A DNA stretch of 64,000 nt, from positions 87,262,097-87,326,096 of the forward strand of contig NC_068983.1 of NCBI RefSeq assembly GCF_001194135.2, given 5' to 3'. The stretch is from Octopus bimaculoides (taxonomy: Eukaryota). The position numbers were made by a program, and so were the translations under genes. This document shows, one piece after another, positions 12,743 to 25,760 of the stretch. The notes beneath the pieces were generated by a model. The model worked only from the letters and a program-made list of their open reading frames with translations, was not told where the DNA came from and did no database searches. Each line of letters starts with the position of its first letter. The stretch's first letter is position 1.

Positions 12743-12857
12743 ATGGCAACTCGCTGTTCTCTCCATGTGCTTCGCCGAACTTGCCACCTTTACAATTCTT
12801 TCTCGTCGTCACCATGGATGTTTACTTCCTATCTCACTCCTGTCAATATAAAGCCAA
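12743..12857 (+). CDS. PTCD2: PTCD2-like exon 1 (mitochondrial targeting presequence)
   Basis: MATRCSLHVLRRTCHLYNSFSSSPWMFTSYLTPVNIKP: R/S-rich with no acidic residues. Donor A|GTAACC, phase 1, fits exon 2. Confidence 0.8.
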
Positions 12858-13062
12858 GTAACCACTTTCTTCACATTCTTTTACTGTTCCCATTAAGTGT
12901 CTAAGCTCGTCTGCATAAAAGTTGCAATGTTTGCGCGTGTGTATATACATATATAACACCTATTTTATGTGTGTGTTTAATAAATTTATATTTACTGGTT
13001 ATTTAACTATTTTAATAGAAACCATCGTTTATGGATAATCTTTTAATGTCTTGTTGGTGGAG

Positions 13063-13129
13063 GTAAAGAATACGTACGCCACCCGTTTTCGGTGTAAAAC
13101 CCTAACCACTGGGTGTACGTATTCTTTAC
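13063..13129. mobile_element. 67-bp mini-foldback with CCCTAA in the loop
   Basis: Perfect 15-bp arms GTAAAGAATACGTAC / GTACGTATTCTTTAC; loop contains AACCCTAACC; no TSD detected. Confidence 0.6.
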
Positions 13130-13736
13130 TTTCGCCGTCGTATCTAGGGAGAATCATTATACCAATATAATTAACACCAACTACAAAGACGATTTTAATG
13201 TGACGTTCTACGCTTCAGTTCTTTAATAACAATTTAGTAAGTACAATTTACTAAATTGTTATGAAAGAGCTAAAATTTTAATAAATAAAGCAGTGACTTA
13301 TTTCGAACAGCTGATAGAACTACTAAATTGTATTCCTCTATTTTCATTTAATAAAAGAATATAAGAGGTGTTTTTTTCCATCTAAAAATAATATAGTTTG
13401 TGAACAAAAACAAATATGTAGAAATTTCCTCGCTCGCTTGCGATACTCTTAATGTCCTTGAGAAAAAGCATGAATATCAGACATTTCAGTCCCCTTTTAT
13501 AAATCTCTCGTCTTGAGCTTTATCAATAATAACACTTATATGGGGTGCTTAAGCCAGAATTCCGCCAAAATTTAAATGATTTTTGAAGGTCAAGTCTTTT
13601 AATCTTTAGTTATTGTCCATTAAAAAGATTCTCGCTGATTCTTGAACGACCTCGAGCCTCTGAAAGTCATATTCCCTCAGAATATTATAATTTTTTCTTT
13701 GAAAGTTGGAATAGCATTTTAATTATTCTAGGTTCA

Positions 13737-14345
13737 GGCTTGGCTGTTTGGTAAGAAGCTTGCTTCCCAACCACATGGTTCTGAGTTAAATCCCACTGCG
13801 TGACACCTTGGGCAAGTGTCTTCTACGGTAATCTTCAAGTTTAGGGGGGTTAAAAAAAATAAATAAAAATATTCAAGGGAAATAACTGAACGACTTGCCA
13901 GTATTATCCGTTTTCTTCTAGCTGTTTATAAATAAATCACACCCTAACCCTAACGTCAATCAAATCACGTGTGTGATTTATTTATAAACAGAGATGTACG
14001 GAGAATACTGGGGAGAAGTTCAGTTACTTCCCTTGAATATTTTTTTTTTTTATGCCCCTAAACTTGAAGATTACCGTCTTCCACTATAGTCTCGGGCTGA
14101 CCAAACCCTTGTGAGTGAATTTGGTAGTAAATCATTGTGTCTATGTTCGTCTCTCATCACCGCTTAATAACCGGTATTGGTGTCTTCACGCCCCCGTAAC
14201 TTATCGGGTCGACAAAAGAGACCGATAGAATAAGTACCAGGCTTTTAAAGAAATATAGTACTGGGGTCGATACGTTCGACTAAGAAAATTCTTCAAGGCG
14301 GTGCCCCAGTATGGCCGGAGTCTAATACCTGAAACAAGTTAAAAG
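13737..14345 (+). mobile_element. tRNA-derived CORE-type SINE(s), interrupted by a MITE
   Basis: tRNA-like head, CORE motif CCTTGGGCAAGT, resumes after the MITE as ACTATAGTCTCGGGCTGACC. A second SINE tail (GGCGGTGCCCCAGTATGGCC) follows. Confidence 0.7.
13827..14075. mobile_element. 249-bp foldback MITE with CCCTAACCCTAA core and 9-bp TSD
   Basis: TIR GGTAATCTTCAAGTTTAGGGG / CCCCTAAACTTGAAGATTACC; TSD GTCTTCTAC / GTCTTCCAC (8 of 9); arms pair along most of the length. Confidence 0.88.
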
Positions 14346-15963
14346 ATGTTTACCGGAAGTTTGTAATCACTCGGTTATGCTGTCTTATTTATGAGATTGA
14401 ATCCGTTTATACTTTAAGTTTGGAGCAGACTGTTTTTCTTTTTTTATCTTATCGATTTCTGAATATCTGCGCCTGGCTTTATAAGAATGGTTAGTGATTT
14501 TCCGTTGCTAATGAAAGGTTTTGAACTCGATTCTGCAGCAGTTGATGCTTTCGCCGGCATCACATAACTTTAACCAACAGAGGAGCTTCTTGCGTGTTCG
14601 CTCTACTTGCTGCGAATTGCAGTTAGGCCGGTTAATATCTATATCCACACATTAACCGTTAGGCCTCCATCAAGTCACCCTATACCTTAAAAAAACAAAA
14701 AACAAACTGGTTCTACGATCTACTTAAAAAAGTTACGGCAAATTGTATTCTTTGTACACAAATAGGGCCTCACATCCGCAATATAGTGACTTGAAAGTAT
14801 TTGACTAATTGAAATTATTCTTGCACTCTGCTTGCAATCAATTTTGCTGTGTAAGAATGTTTAAGATTTAAAAAAAAAAGAAAAAAAGGGGAGATAACTC
14901 CAATAAAATCAGCTAATTGACTTTATCATTATTGTTAAGGATGATGCAGGTGGAAGTAGAACCTGTCTAATAAGCAATAGTTTTGCGGTGCAATAGTAAG
15001 CATTTCTTTATTTTTTCTCTCTTTTCAATGTTTATGGTAATGAACTATAATTCTCTTTGGGAGACCTCTACATGGTCGTTCAAACTAAAAGAAACATCTC
15101 TCTCAAATCACACCATCTTAAAAAAAGGACACATTGGATAATGTGGTCCTAAATATTTTCTGAGAAAAGATAGAGTAGTCATGGCTGGAACACCCTTGAC
15201 CAGAGAGCTGTTCAATCAGAGCTCTGTTTGGTCAAGCCAACAAGGAAATTGGAGGGACATTGGATAACATAATTCTAGATATGCAATGCCTGAGAATTTG
15301 ATCATAAGTCTGCTCAGTCAGGGCTTTTTTGGGGATAAATAATGACTAGTTGGTAGAGAGCCAAAGAAGGAGCCTCTCTGTTAGCCGTTCCATCTACTAG
15401 AAATAGCAGCCAAATCTCATTCAAATAACATACCATTTAAAAATATGAGGTACTTTTAATAAAAGTAGTTCTAGATATCCCTAACAAGATAGAATGGTCA
15501 CAAGTGGAATGTTTTGATCTTAGGCCTGTTTGATTAACATTTATCTGAGGCCAGACCAACTAACCTCTATTTTCAGCTGGTTGGACTGATCTGTAGTAAC
15601 ACAGTCTTCCGAATGAGATGTGGCTCATAGCTATTTGTGCAGATGTGACTCTCTCTCTATATGTTGCATAAACTAGTAATAAACAGGGTTATTTACTGAA
15701 ATTAGGAAAATCCAAAGCTAACTAATCTGCAAAAAAAATTTCATAGATTGTCAAATTTTATTGCTATGATCCATTCCTCCCAGAACTCAAATGTATTAAC
15801 AACTACAAAATCTCCTTCAGATTAATTATTGCTGACACCCATCTACATCAGTTTCTTTAGATTTGAAGCTTGAGCAATTACTAAGATTAATTTTCTTTTA
15901 CTCAGTTTTAGCCTCCCCACCAAAAATAAAACCAATTTTATGTTTATTTTTTTAAAATTTTAG

Positions 15964-16056
15964 ATTGCAGACATTTATTCAGTCAGGAGATCTTGGGTTT
16001 GGATAATTACCAGCGCCAACGGATTTTAATTACAGATCGACTTGGAGATTTAAGAC
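15964..16056 (+). CDS. PTCD2: PTCD2-like exon 2
   Basis: TTTAG acceptor, GTAAG donor; (N)CRHLFSQEILGLDNYQRQRILITDRLGDLR aligns with the human KRYLLTDNVVKL region. Confidence 0.88.
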
Positions 16057-16379
16057 GTAAGAATTTAATGTTTGATTTTTCATAGCTTATTCAAAATATT
16101 TTAATACTGGTTAGAGTCCCAATAAATATTTTATTTGTCCATACTTCATATAATTTCATAACAGGATGACACTTGAAGTATTGGAGAGAATGTAATTTAA
16201 TCATCATTATCTCTTCTTCCCAAACTGGCATGGATTGGATGGTTCAACAGGATCCTGTGGTTTTGCTACAATGTCTGAGTTTTAGCACAGTTTTTATGGC
16301 TGAACATCCTTCCTGTACAGAGTATACTGGGTACATTTTTCATGGCGCCAGCGCAAGTGAGGTTGCCATGTTACAATAT

Positions 16380-16797
16380 TTTTGAGCTCTAATTGTGGCG
16401 GGAACCTGTGGAAGGGGTAGACCAAGGAAGACATAGGATGCTGGGCCTCATTGAGGAAATGACAAAGGACTGGGAGTTGGGGTGATTTACTCTACTTGAA
16501 AAGACCTGTTAAGCTAGGTAAAATCACCGTCTTCCAAACACACAGGCTTGTCCTTTCAGATGCTAGTGCCACATGAAATGCAACCATGCCAGTGCTGTGT
16601 AAATGCACCTGTGTTGGTAGCACATAAAAAGCACTCCGTTAAGTGGTTGGTGTTAGGAAGGACATCCAGCTGTAGAAACTATGCCACAATAGACAGTTGG
16701 CATCTGGATAGATCCCCAATTGGCCAGCTCCATCCATGTCAAACTGTTCACCCCATGCCAGCATGGAAAATGGACGTTAAACAATGATGATGATGAA
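16380..16797 (+). mobile_element. RTE LINE 3' end / 3' UTR with (GAT)n tail
   Basis: GGAAGGACATCCAGCTGTAGAAAC..CCATGCCAGCATGGAAAATGGACGTTAAAC(GAT)n, shared with the 3' end of the RT-bearing copy at 24.1-25.8 kb. Confidence 0.8.
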
Positions 16798-17132
16798 GAA
16801 TTAACTCTTGAATCACAAGAGAAGTATAGAATTAGAGGATTGAAAATAAATAAGATCATAACTAAGAGTTTTGTAGGTGGTATCTAACAGCAATAAATTG
16901 TTCTTTTTAGCATGTGGGGCAAAATGGTTAAGCTTCACTTGTACCTGGCTGGAAAGAAGTATGTGAAACCAATGCATTTTTAGCAATGATAAGTAAACCG
17001 GACAGAATTTTACTCAGTCGTAGACTGGCATTTTAAATATTGTTCTTTTCCCCATGCTTGTCAGTTATTAAACATTCTTTGATATATCTACCTGTTGTGT
17101 AATGTTCTTTTTGATCCTGTTCTTTTTCATAG

Positions 17133-17268
17133 CAAAATTTATTGAAAGAATGAAGTCTTTAGCCAACAACGATAGCATTGACAGAATCTTCACTGATGAT
17201 CTAAAGACCATGGTTTACATTGCTTCACACAATGAAGAAATTGAGCTTATTCAAAATATGCTTATAAA
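17133..17268 (+). CDS. PTCD2: PTCD2-like exon 3
   Basis: CATAG / GTAAGA; (P)KFIERMKSLANNDSIDRIFTDDLKTMVYIASHNEEIELIQNMLI(K); phases 1 to 2 consistent. Confidence 0.9.
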
Positions 17269-17964
17269 GTAAGACCTTAGTGCTTTTAAAATGTTGGTAA
17301 TTCTGACAGAAATTGCAATGTTACTTGTCAAATAATACACATTAATTCAATTGATTTTTTTTTTTTGTAGTTAACCTGTGTGGTCTCTATAAATATGTTA
17401 CTTTTTGTAGCTAATACATTTTATATTATCAGTATTTTAACATCTGGTTTTGTATAGGAGTAAGGATTGGCTGAGTCTACAATACTACAAATATCATCAT
17501 CACATAACTTGAGCCAAAAGAGGAGCTTCTTACATGTTTGCTCTTCTTACATGTTTGCTCTTCTTACTGGGAATAGCAGTTAGGCCTCCATCAGATCACC
17601 TCATGCCATTGATGTTTTTGTTATTTTATCTACAAATGATCACTCAGATCTAACTTCACTAATTATTCGATCATCTTCTTTTTCCCCACCATTATCATGG
17701 GAACTTCCCATGATGAACATTTGTCACTTTTCAACCATCACACTCTGTTCATTTGTATTAAGTTACCACACCAGCAGTGTCCTTCGATATTATTGTTGCT
17801 TTCTCATATCACTTTCATTTGACTTATAAATTAAATTTGCACATCAAATAGAACTATATTCAACTCGATCTAGTTTAGCTGTAGATCTTCTACACTCATT
17901 GTTCTTGTTTTACTATCACATATCTCATTTTTGCTATAAATTTTGTTTGGACCAGTTAACAGTT

Positions 17965-18595
17965 TTCTGGTCTTCTGCTTGAGAAGACCCGACAAGCCAA
18001 GTGAGACCATGGCCTATGCCAGTGGGTGTAACCAGCCCACTTATGAATACCCCTCATTCATTGGACAATGAACTTTGCTTGCGAAGACCTATTGAGGCAA
18101 GTGAAATCAAAATCAAAATCGCTGACGTGGCCGATGACAGTATCGCCTGATTGTCACTCGTGCCAGTGGAATGTTAAAAGCACATCTGAGCATGATCATT
18201 GCCAGGGCCACGGATTGGCTCCTGTGCCGGTGGCCCATGAAAAGCACCATTCGAGCGTGATCATTGCCAGCGTCGCTTTACTGGCACATGAAAAACAACA
18301 TTCGAATGTGGTTGTTGCCAGTGCCGCCAGACTGGCTCCTATGCAGGTAGCACATAAAAAACACCTTTTGAGCATGGTCGTTGCCAGAACCGTCTGACTG
18401 GCTCCCGTGCCGGTGTCACATAAAAGCACCCACTACACTCTTGGAGTGGTTGGCATTAGGAAGGGCATCCAGCTGTAGAAACTTTGCCAGATCAGATTGA
18501 GCCTGGTGCAGCCTCTGGCTCACCAGACCTCAGTCAAACCGTTCAACCCATGCCAGCATGGAAAGCGGACATCAAACGATGATGATGATGATGAC
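17965..18595 (+). mobile_element. RTE LINE 3' UTR copy with internal tandem sub-repeats
   Basis: Repeated units of GACTGGCTCC.GTGCCGGTG.CAC.TAAAAAGCACC; (GAT)n tail. Confidence 0.8.
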
Positions 18596-18619
18596 TTTTT
18601 AATGATTTGATCTGAAGGA

Positions 18620-19150
18620 AAGCTTTGTCTCCATACCCTTTGCAGACTCTTCAAGACTAGTGAGCTTTGTATGGTTAATGTTTCTCTTGAACTGCTGCAA
18701 GTTGCTGGTTGCAGGATATATATGAACAGGAAAGGAATTTTAGGGAGCTGATGTTCTGGAGAACAAGGGCTGGTTAAGTTGGTTTGTGAGGGTTCTGATG
18801 GGTAGAGTAGATATAAATTGGGGATGAAAGAGGAGTATGTTGGGGATACATGAATGAAAATGGCATGAGACCAATCAATCAGTTCCAAATGGCAGAGACT
18901 TCTGTAGTATCAGAAAAAAAAGGCAAAGTGAGGGATCAGCATTTTTGTAGGCCAGAAATTGGAAAATGTTGGTGAACAATTTTACCCCAGTTAATGAAGT
19001 GGTCGTTTTTGGAGGAAGATATGCAGTCCAGGACGTCTGTATGTGAAGGAGCAGCACCATCCCAGATTTGGAAGCAGTATTCCTTTGTGGGGTTCACTCA
19101 AACTTTGTAAAGAACAAGTAGTGACCCTATGTCTTAATCTGCTCAGAATT
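18620..19150 (-). mobile_element. Jockey/L2-group LINE 3' RT remnant
   Basis: TKEYCFQIWDGAAPSHTDVLD and PSLCLFF..YYR match the post-RT pattern MEYCSHIW.GA....L.LLD / ASLSLFYRYY. Confidence 0.65.
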
Positions 19151-20319
19151 AAGAGTTCATAACTTCATGTCATAACCTAACACTTTTCCAATAATATTTA
19201 TTAATTCTTCCATGTTAGCAGGAATTAGATGGGTTTGATATATTACATTGGGTTCACATTTCATTGTTGATTTATGTAAAAATTGTAGCTGACTAATTCT
19301 GGCCTTCATGGAAACACATCTGTGAAAGGTTGAATCAACAGTTAAATATATTCCTCTCACAGTTCTTTATATTGAATGCAGAATATTTTGCTTACGTAGG
19401 AGTATGTTATTATTTTTCTTAAATATTTTCTGGCTAATTATTCATTTATAGTTTCAACATTTAGGGTATGGAACTTAGATCTAAACATATTTTTATCTTA
19501 TATTTTTTACTAGTTGTGGCCATGCTGGGACACTTCCTTGAAGGGTTTAGTTGAACAAATTGACCCTAGTTTTATTTTTTTAAGTCTGGTACTTATTCTA
19601 TCAGTTTCTTGCTGAACAGCTAAGTTATGGGTATGTAAATAAACCAACATCTGTTGTCAAGTAGTGAAGTAGGACAAACCCCCACACACTAACAACAGTC
19701 ATCCACACTGTTTCCATTTATAAAATTCACTCACAAGACATTATAGTTGGCCCCAGGCTAGAATAGAAGATGCTCGTCCAAGATGCTGGGCAGTGGGACT
19801 GAACCCAAAATCTTGTGACTGCAAAGCAAGCTTCTTAACCACAGGGCTGTTCCTGCACTTGTCTATTTACATTGTCCATTTACATTACATAATACAGCTT
19901 GTATACAACTATTTGTATAGTTTTATATAAATTTGGTGCTAGTCCACTTTTGAAAATGTGACTCTTCACTTTGGGAATATTTCATGCATCACCAAAACAA
20001 ATGTATCACTTTTATTTTAACTTGTCAGTTGTCTCAAACACTACATTGTTACATTTGTTTTAGACATTTTTGTTTCACAAGTACCTATAACATAACCCTT
20101 ACTTTAAAAAAAAAAAAATTCCTTCTGAGTACTTTTACAAATTTTCAGTTTTTGACATTTTTCTCTTTCAAAAAATATTGAGATTTTGGAGGTTTTCAGT
20201 TTCAGAATTTCTTATATAGAATTATCAACTGCCCTACTTCCTTTTCTCTTACTGTAACCCTTATCTCTTGGCATAAAGCTGCCCTTGGCTCAGATTTCGT
20301 AGCCCTTGCTAGCTACATG

Positions 20320-21113
20320 GCAACCTCACTGGTGCTGGTGGCACATAAAAAAGATACCCAGTACATGCTGTAAAGCAGTTGGTGTTAGGAGGGGTATCTA
20401 GCCATAGAAACCATGGGAGGCAGACGTTGGAGCATGATTAGGTCCTTGGACCCATCATATCTTGTCAAACCATCCCACCCATGCTAGCATGGAATATGGA
20501 TGTTAAATGACGTGAGGATGAGAGCTTAAAGTAGTGAAATATATAATAAATTTCATTTTGTGAGATAGCAGAGAATTCTGACATTTGGAGCAGATCCCCA
20601 TATTGAAGATAGATGAAATGTCAACAAATTACTTATAGTTTTCATGTTTTCCTTTTATTTTATCTTAAGTTTGACCTATCTCATTAACAGGTATCACCAA
20701 CAAGACAATTCACAGCAGTTCAATACATATTCTTTTGGCCCTGTTGTTCTTAGGTTGTTGTATATAATGAAAGATGTAGATATGGCCTTAAAGCTCTTTG
20801 AAAGTGAGGTAAGTTTTCCTTTGTTGATATTTATAGAAAATATCGATATATTATTCACTCTTACTATTAAATTTACATACAGCCTTTGGGAAAGTTGTCA
20901 ATGTCACAGTTTCCTGTTTTTGATGATGGTGCCATGTAAAAAAGTACCCAGTACATTCTGTAAAGTGGTTGGTGTTAGGAAGGGCATCCAGCCATAGAAA
21001 CCAAGCTCAAACAGACTATGGAACCTGGTGCGGCCCCTGGTCATTCCAGTTCCTGTCAAGTCATTCAGCCCATGCCAGCATAGAAAATGGATGTTAAATA
21101 TTGATGATTGATG
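20320..21113 (+). mobile_element. Two RTE 3'-UTR fragments flanking PTCD2 exon 4 (20320-20520 and 20930-21113)
   Basis: Same motifs as the other RTE tails. Confidence 0.7.
20691..20808 (+). CDS. PTCD2: PTCD2-like exon 4
   Basis: AACAG / GTAAGT; YHQQDNSQQFNTYSFGPVVLRLLYIMKDVDMALKLFESE matches human RYH..YKFGPLFVRLCY. Confidence 0.93.
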
Positions 21114-21187
21114 GCGAAAGAATAGTGTAGCTTTTGTGCCAAAACTAAAATATGAAATCAATATTTTGACCAGTTGACTTTCCTAAC

Positions 21188-21221
<34 letters not shown>

Positions 21222-21986
21222 ATCTCAATCTGTTGTGAAAAACTCATTTTTGCATACCATCGCCTTAGTCAACATAACTGAAAATAGGTACCTCCAATAT
21301 ATTTAATTTCTGTTATGTGTTTGTGGAGGAACAAAGCTCCTAACTGAGACTTTGTTTATAACTGAGTGGGGGTTAGTACTGTCAGTGGTCAATCCATATT
21401 TCTAGAATTTATTGATAGATAATTAGAGTTGCTGAAAGGTGCAGCTCTCTGTGCATTGTGTAGGTATCAGTAGGAGCAACACATAATGATGTAGGTTTGG
21501 GTTGGATCCCACTCTGTAGTACTGTAGGCAAGCATCTTTTGCCATAGTTTTGAGCCACAGTGAACTTTATGAATAAAACTGGGTAGACAGAGAAGTGTGA
21601 AAGGCTGTGGAATGGAAAGTATCTGTTCTTCAGTGATAAACTTAATCCATAGTCTTGTTTAACAGCACCATCTATTCTCTGACTACCTTTAGTTGAGTCT
21701 ACATTCAACATTCAAATTGCTCTACTTCCTCCAAAACCTTTGAGTTATGGCTTTTTCTTTTCTCTCTTCCATAATTCTTGGAAGTCTTAAGTACTGCTCT
21801 TCCTTCTCTGAGTAAAACATTAAAAGATGAATCCAGATGATTCAGAAAGAGTACAGCTTGCTGTCTAATTTCAAAAAACAAAACAAAAAGCAACTACAAA
21901 AAAATTATATAAACATCAAAAAGAAAGTGTAAAATAAAATCCAGTTATAAACTGGAACTGATGTTTCTTAGTTCTTTCTTTTTCAG

Positions 21987-22163
21987 GAAACCAAGCCTTT
22001 GTTTTCACAAGTGACAAGTTACATCATTCTCATGGATATGTTGTATGAGAGTAAACAATATGATGAAACACTGAAGGTATTTCAGATAGTGACTGAAAGG
22101 GAAACTAATATAAAATATCCAAATGACTGCACTACAATTGCATTTGCCACATATTATGCTTTG
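21987..22163 (+). CDS. PTCD2: PTCD2-like exon 5 (PPR motif)
   Basis: TTCAG / GTTAGT; ETKPLFSQVTSYIILMDMLYESKQYDETLKVF..TTIAFATYYAL matches human TSFNILMDML..AFAICYKL. Confidence 0.95.
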
Positions 22164-23241
22164 GTTAGTATTGTATTCTTCTGTATTGTAATTTTCTCTA
22201 CTAAACTATCTTTTGTCCTTTATAAGGAACATTGCATTCCCTCATTGAGTACAGCAGCTCATTTATTTGTTAATCTTCCTCTACACATTATTCTGAACTC
22301 TACTTGGTAACTGTTTGGTGATATTGCTTTATAGTTTCCATGGCTAGTTTTGACTACTGTATTATGATAGTGTCATGGATACAGTAGTGTATAACTCTTT
22401 GTTCATTATAATTCAAACTGCTACTTGTTGCATTTCAGCCTGAAAGGAAAAAAAAAATAACCTGATTCCTAATATACAGTGTAATTCTGGTTAGTAAAGC
22501 TGTTACTTCTTCTTTTGAGACAAATATAGGAACTTGGAGATCCATGCAACCTATATTGGCAATTAGGTACCAAATTTCTCCAACATTTGGTACCTATTCT
22601 CTGTTTATGGAAGTGCCATAATTGTTAATATTGTGTAAGTTAGCAGAGCATTTGTTTAAGACTATGAAAGTATCAGAAACTGTAGGTATCTTAAAAACAG
22701 CTGAAAGATATTAAATGTATTGACAGGTAAATTTCAACACTAGAAAATACTATATCCAACTATCCAGCTTGTTTACCAAAGGAATGTTGAAATGTTTGGA
22801 TTTATTTCGCTGTCTAATGCATTTAAGCTAATTTGCTGATGCCTTATCTCTGTTTTATGAAAGTGCCATTGGTAGGAGACAAGTACCTTATGAACTAAGC
22901 CAACAACTTGGTTTCATTTCCAGAGTAGAATTAAAAAACACTTTTTCATTTCACATGCCTTTTGTAAAGGTTTGAATATTACAGATCTTGTTTATGCTGT
23001 CTCTTATATTGTTTATTATACTTACTTGAAACAGGCAATAGAAAACCACTCTGCTGTACTCTATCCCATATTCTTTATTATAATACCATAATATATTGTC
23101 TGAAAATATACTATTAAAAAAATGGTATTATTTACTATCTCTTTCATTAATATTTATTTTGCTTCATGCTGTTGGTAAATAAACATGTATTACAACAGAG
23201 TTGTTACGTCTAGATATTTTTGTTTTGATTTTTTTTTTTAG

Positions 23242-23355
23242 AATACTGCAGAAGCTTTACAGAACTGTCAGAAATTATTAAGAGACTGTTTAAATTTAAA
23301 ACTTCAAGTTTCCAATCGTGCCCTTGTTTTTGCTGTTATGTTAGCATTGAAGCAG
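23242..23355 (+). CDS. PTCD2: PTCD2-like exon 6
   Basis: Poly-T AG / GTAATG; NTAEALQNCQKLLRDCLNLKLQVSNRALVFAVMLALKQ matches human NSPES..RRASCFAVALALNQ. Confidence 0.93.
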
Positions 23356-24089
23356 GTAATGTTTCTTACTTTACGCAAATTTTTCTAGAATATGCATCTC
23401 TTTATTGAAGTTATTTTAGATAGCTTTGTTATGATCACCAGTATAAACTCAATAATGCATGACTACCATCATAATCATCATTTAGTATCTATTCCCTAGT
23501 GGCATGGGTTGGACAGTTTAGACAGGATGTGAAAGGGTCCAAGGACCACATTGTGCTTTGTTAGATTCAGTAAAGAAAGGTGTATGGGACAATAAATTCT
23601 TTTAGTAGTGTCCTTATTAGATTAGATTGATTTCATCTCATCTGTTTGAATTAGTAGTTCTGTATAAGGACATAAAAAGTAAAGAAAAGTAAACTTCATT
23701 GAAAAAAAGAGCTGCAGTAATTTTAAAAAGAAGCAAAAGAAAGTTATGGTTTGTTTGTTAAGAATCTATCAAATGGACAAACTCAAGTTGTTGTGGAGCC
23801 ACAGGTAAATGTTTTCTGATCAAACATATTCCAATTATCACTGGACGGTATTTTTTTCAGGCATTGTATATCTAGGATTATATTACACAATGTATCCTTC
23901 CTTTTCTTAAAGTAGTAGGGTGTGACTTGAAGGATAGCTATTTCTTGCAGTATGGGTGATCATATAATGGCTCCCTCATCAGTAATTAGAACTAATGTAC
24001 TAATTCAGATGTAGAGAGTAATGCTGACATATATTATTCTCAAAAAGAGTTCAATATTCAGGGCTGAAATACTTTTTTAACCCACACTG

Positions 24090-25760
24090 CCAGATATTTT
24101 AAACAGGAATCACCACTGAGATGCTTATAATATCTGACCCGTATTGTAAATCAGGTGGTACACAAAGGAGTCATATCAAATGACTGGTGTAGCAGCACCA
24201 TAGTCAACTGCTATAAGGGTAAAGGTGATGCCTTAGATAGAAAATTATAGAGGTATCAAATTGTTGGATCAGGTAATGAAAGTTACAGAGAGGGTCATAG
24301 CCCAACTAATGAGGGAGATAGTTAATCTAGATGAGATGCAGTTTGGTTTTGTACCAGGGAGAAGCATCACTGATGTTATATTTCTGGTAAGTCAGCTGCA
24401 GGAGAAATACATAACCAAAGATAAACCTCAGCCCCCTCTTGTCCATCATTGTGCTCCAGGCAATAACAGAGGAATTTAAGACAGGCTGCCCCTGGGAGCT
24501 TCTCTATGCTGATGACCTTGTTCCTATAGCTGAATCATTGCCAGAACTAGAAGAGTTTCAGGTATGGAAGCAAAGCCTAGAACCAAAGGGCTTTAGAGTT
24601 AACCTAGCAAAAACCAAAGTCTCAATAAGCTGGAAGGCAGACAAATCACAAATATCCTTCAGGTAGATGACCCTGCTGGATCTGTAGATAAGACGCAGTG
24701 TAAGCTATGGACCCGTAAGAGGACCAGCAATATCAGAGGAAGGTTAACTGGGAAAATAGCTTTTGTGTATGGAAGATGCACAGGTACAATAAACACCGTA
24801 AATGTTCAGAAAATAGACTCCATCAACTGCCAGTGGGGTAAGCTAAAAGTAGTAGATAACTTTTGTTATCTAGGTAACCAAGTTATTAGTGGAGGTGAAT
24901 GCTCCAAGAGTGTAGTTGTTAGAATAAGAATAGGCTGGACAAAATTCAGAGAGCTCTTACTTCTGCTGGCAACAAAGAGCCTCTCCCTCAGAGTGAAAGG
25001 CAGATTGTATGATGCCTGTGTGCGAACAGCCATGCTACATGGCAGTGAAACATAGGCTGTGACAGCTGAGAATGTGTGTAGGCTTGAAAGAAATGAAACC
25101 AGTATGCTTTGCTGGATGTGCATTGTCAATGTGCATGTACAACAGAGTGTAAGCATCTTGAGAGAAAAGTTGGGCATAAGAGGCATCAGATGTGGTGTGC
25201 AAGAGAGACAATTGTGCTGGAATGGACATGTGATGCATATGGACGAGGACAGCTGTGTAAAGAAATGCCAATCTCTAACTGGAAGGAACTTGTGGTAGAG
25301 GTAGACCCAGGAAGACATGGGACGAGGTGGTGAAGCATGATCTTTGAACTTCGGGCCTCACAGAGGCAATCACTATTGATCGAGACGAGACCTTTGGCGA
25401 TCTGCTGTGCTTGAGAAGACCCATCAAGCCAAGTGAAATCATAGTCTTGGCTGATGCTGGTGTCACGTAACTGGCAACTGTGCTGGTGGCACGTGAAAAG
25501 CACCTTTCAAGTATTGGGCTTCATGGAGGCAATGATGAATGACTGAGACTTTTGACATTATGCTGTGCTTGAGAAGACCCATCAAGCCAAGTATCACAGA
25601 AATGGCACCTGTGCTGGTGGCACGTAAAAGTACCCATTATACTCTCAGAATGGTTGGCATTAGGAAGGGCATCCACCTGTAGAAATCATGCCAAATCAAA
25701 CTGGAGTCTGGTGCAGCCTTCCAGCTTGGCAGCATGGACAACAAACATTAAATGTTGATG
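24090..25760 (+). mobile_element. RTE-clade LINE, 5'-truncated with internal deletion, degenerate
   Basis: YKGKGDALDR.NYRGIKLLDQVMKV, MQFGFVPGRS, LLYADDL, RLYDACVRTAMLHGSET, then the typical 3' UTR. Confidence 0.93.

Noticed and set aside
17965-18430. Short recurring units resembling a CRISPR-like array
   Set aside because: They are diverged tandem sub-repeats of the RTE 3' UTR with no constant repeat/unique spacer pattern, in a eukaryotic intron.
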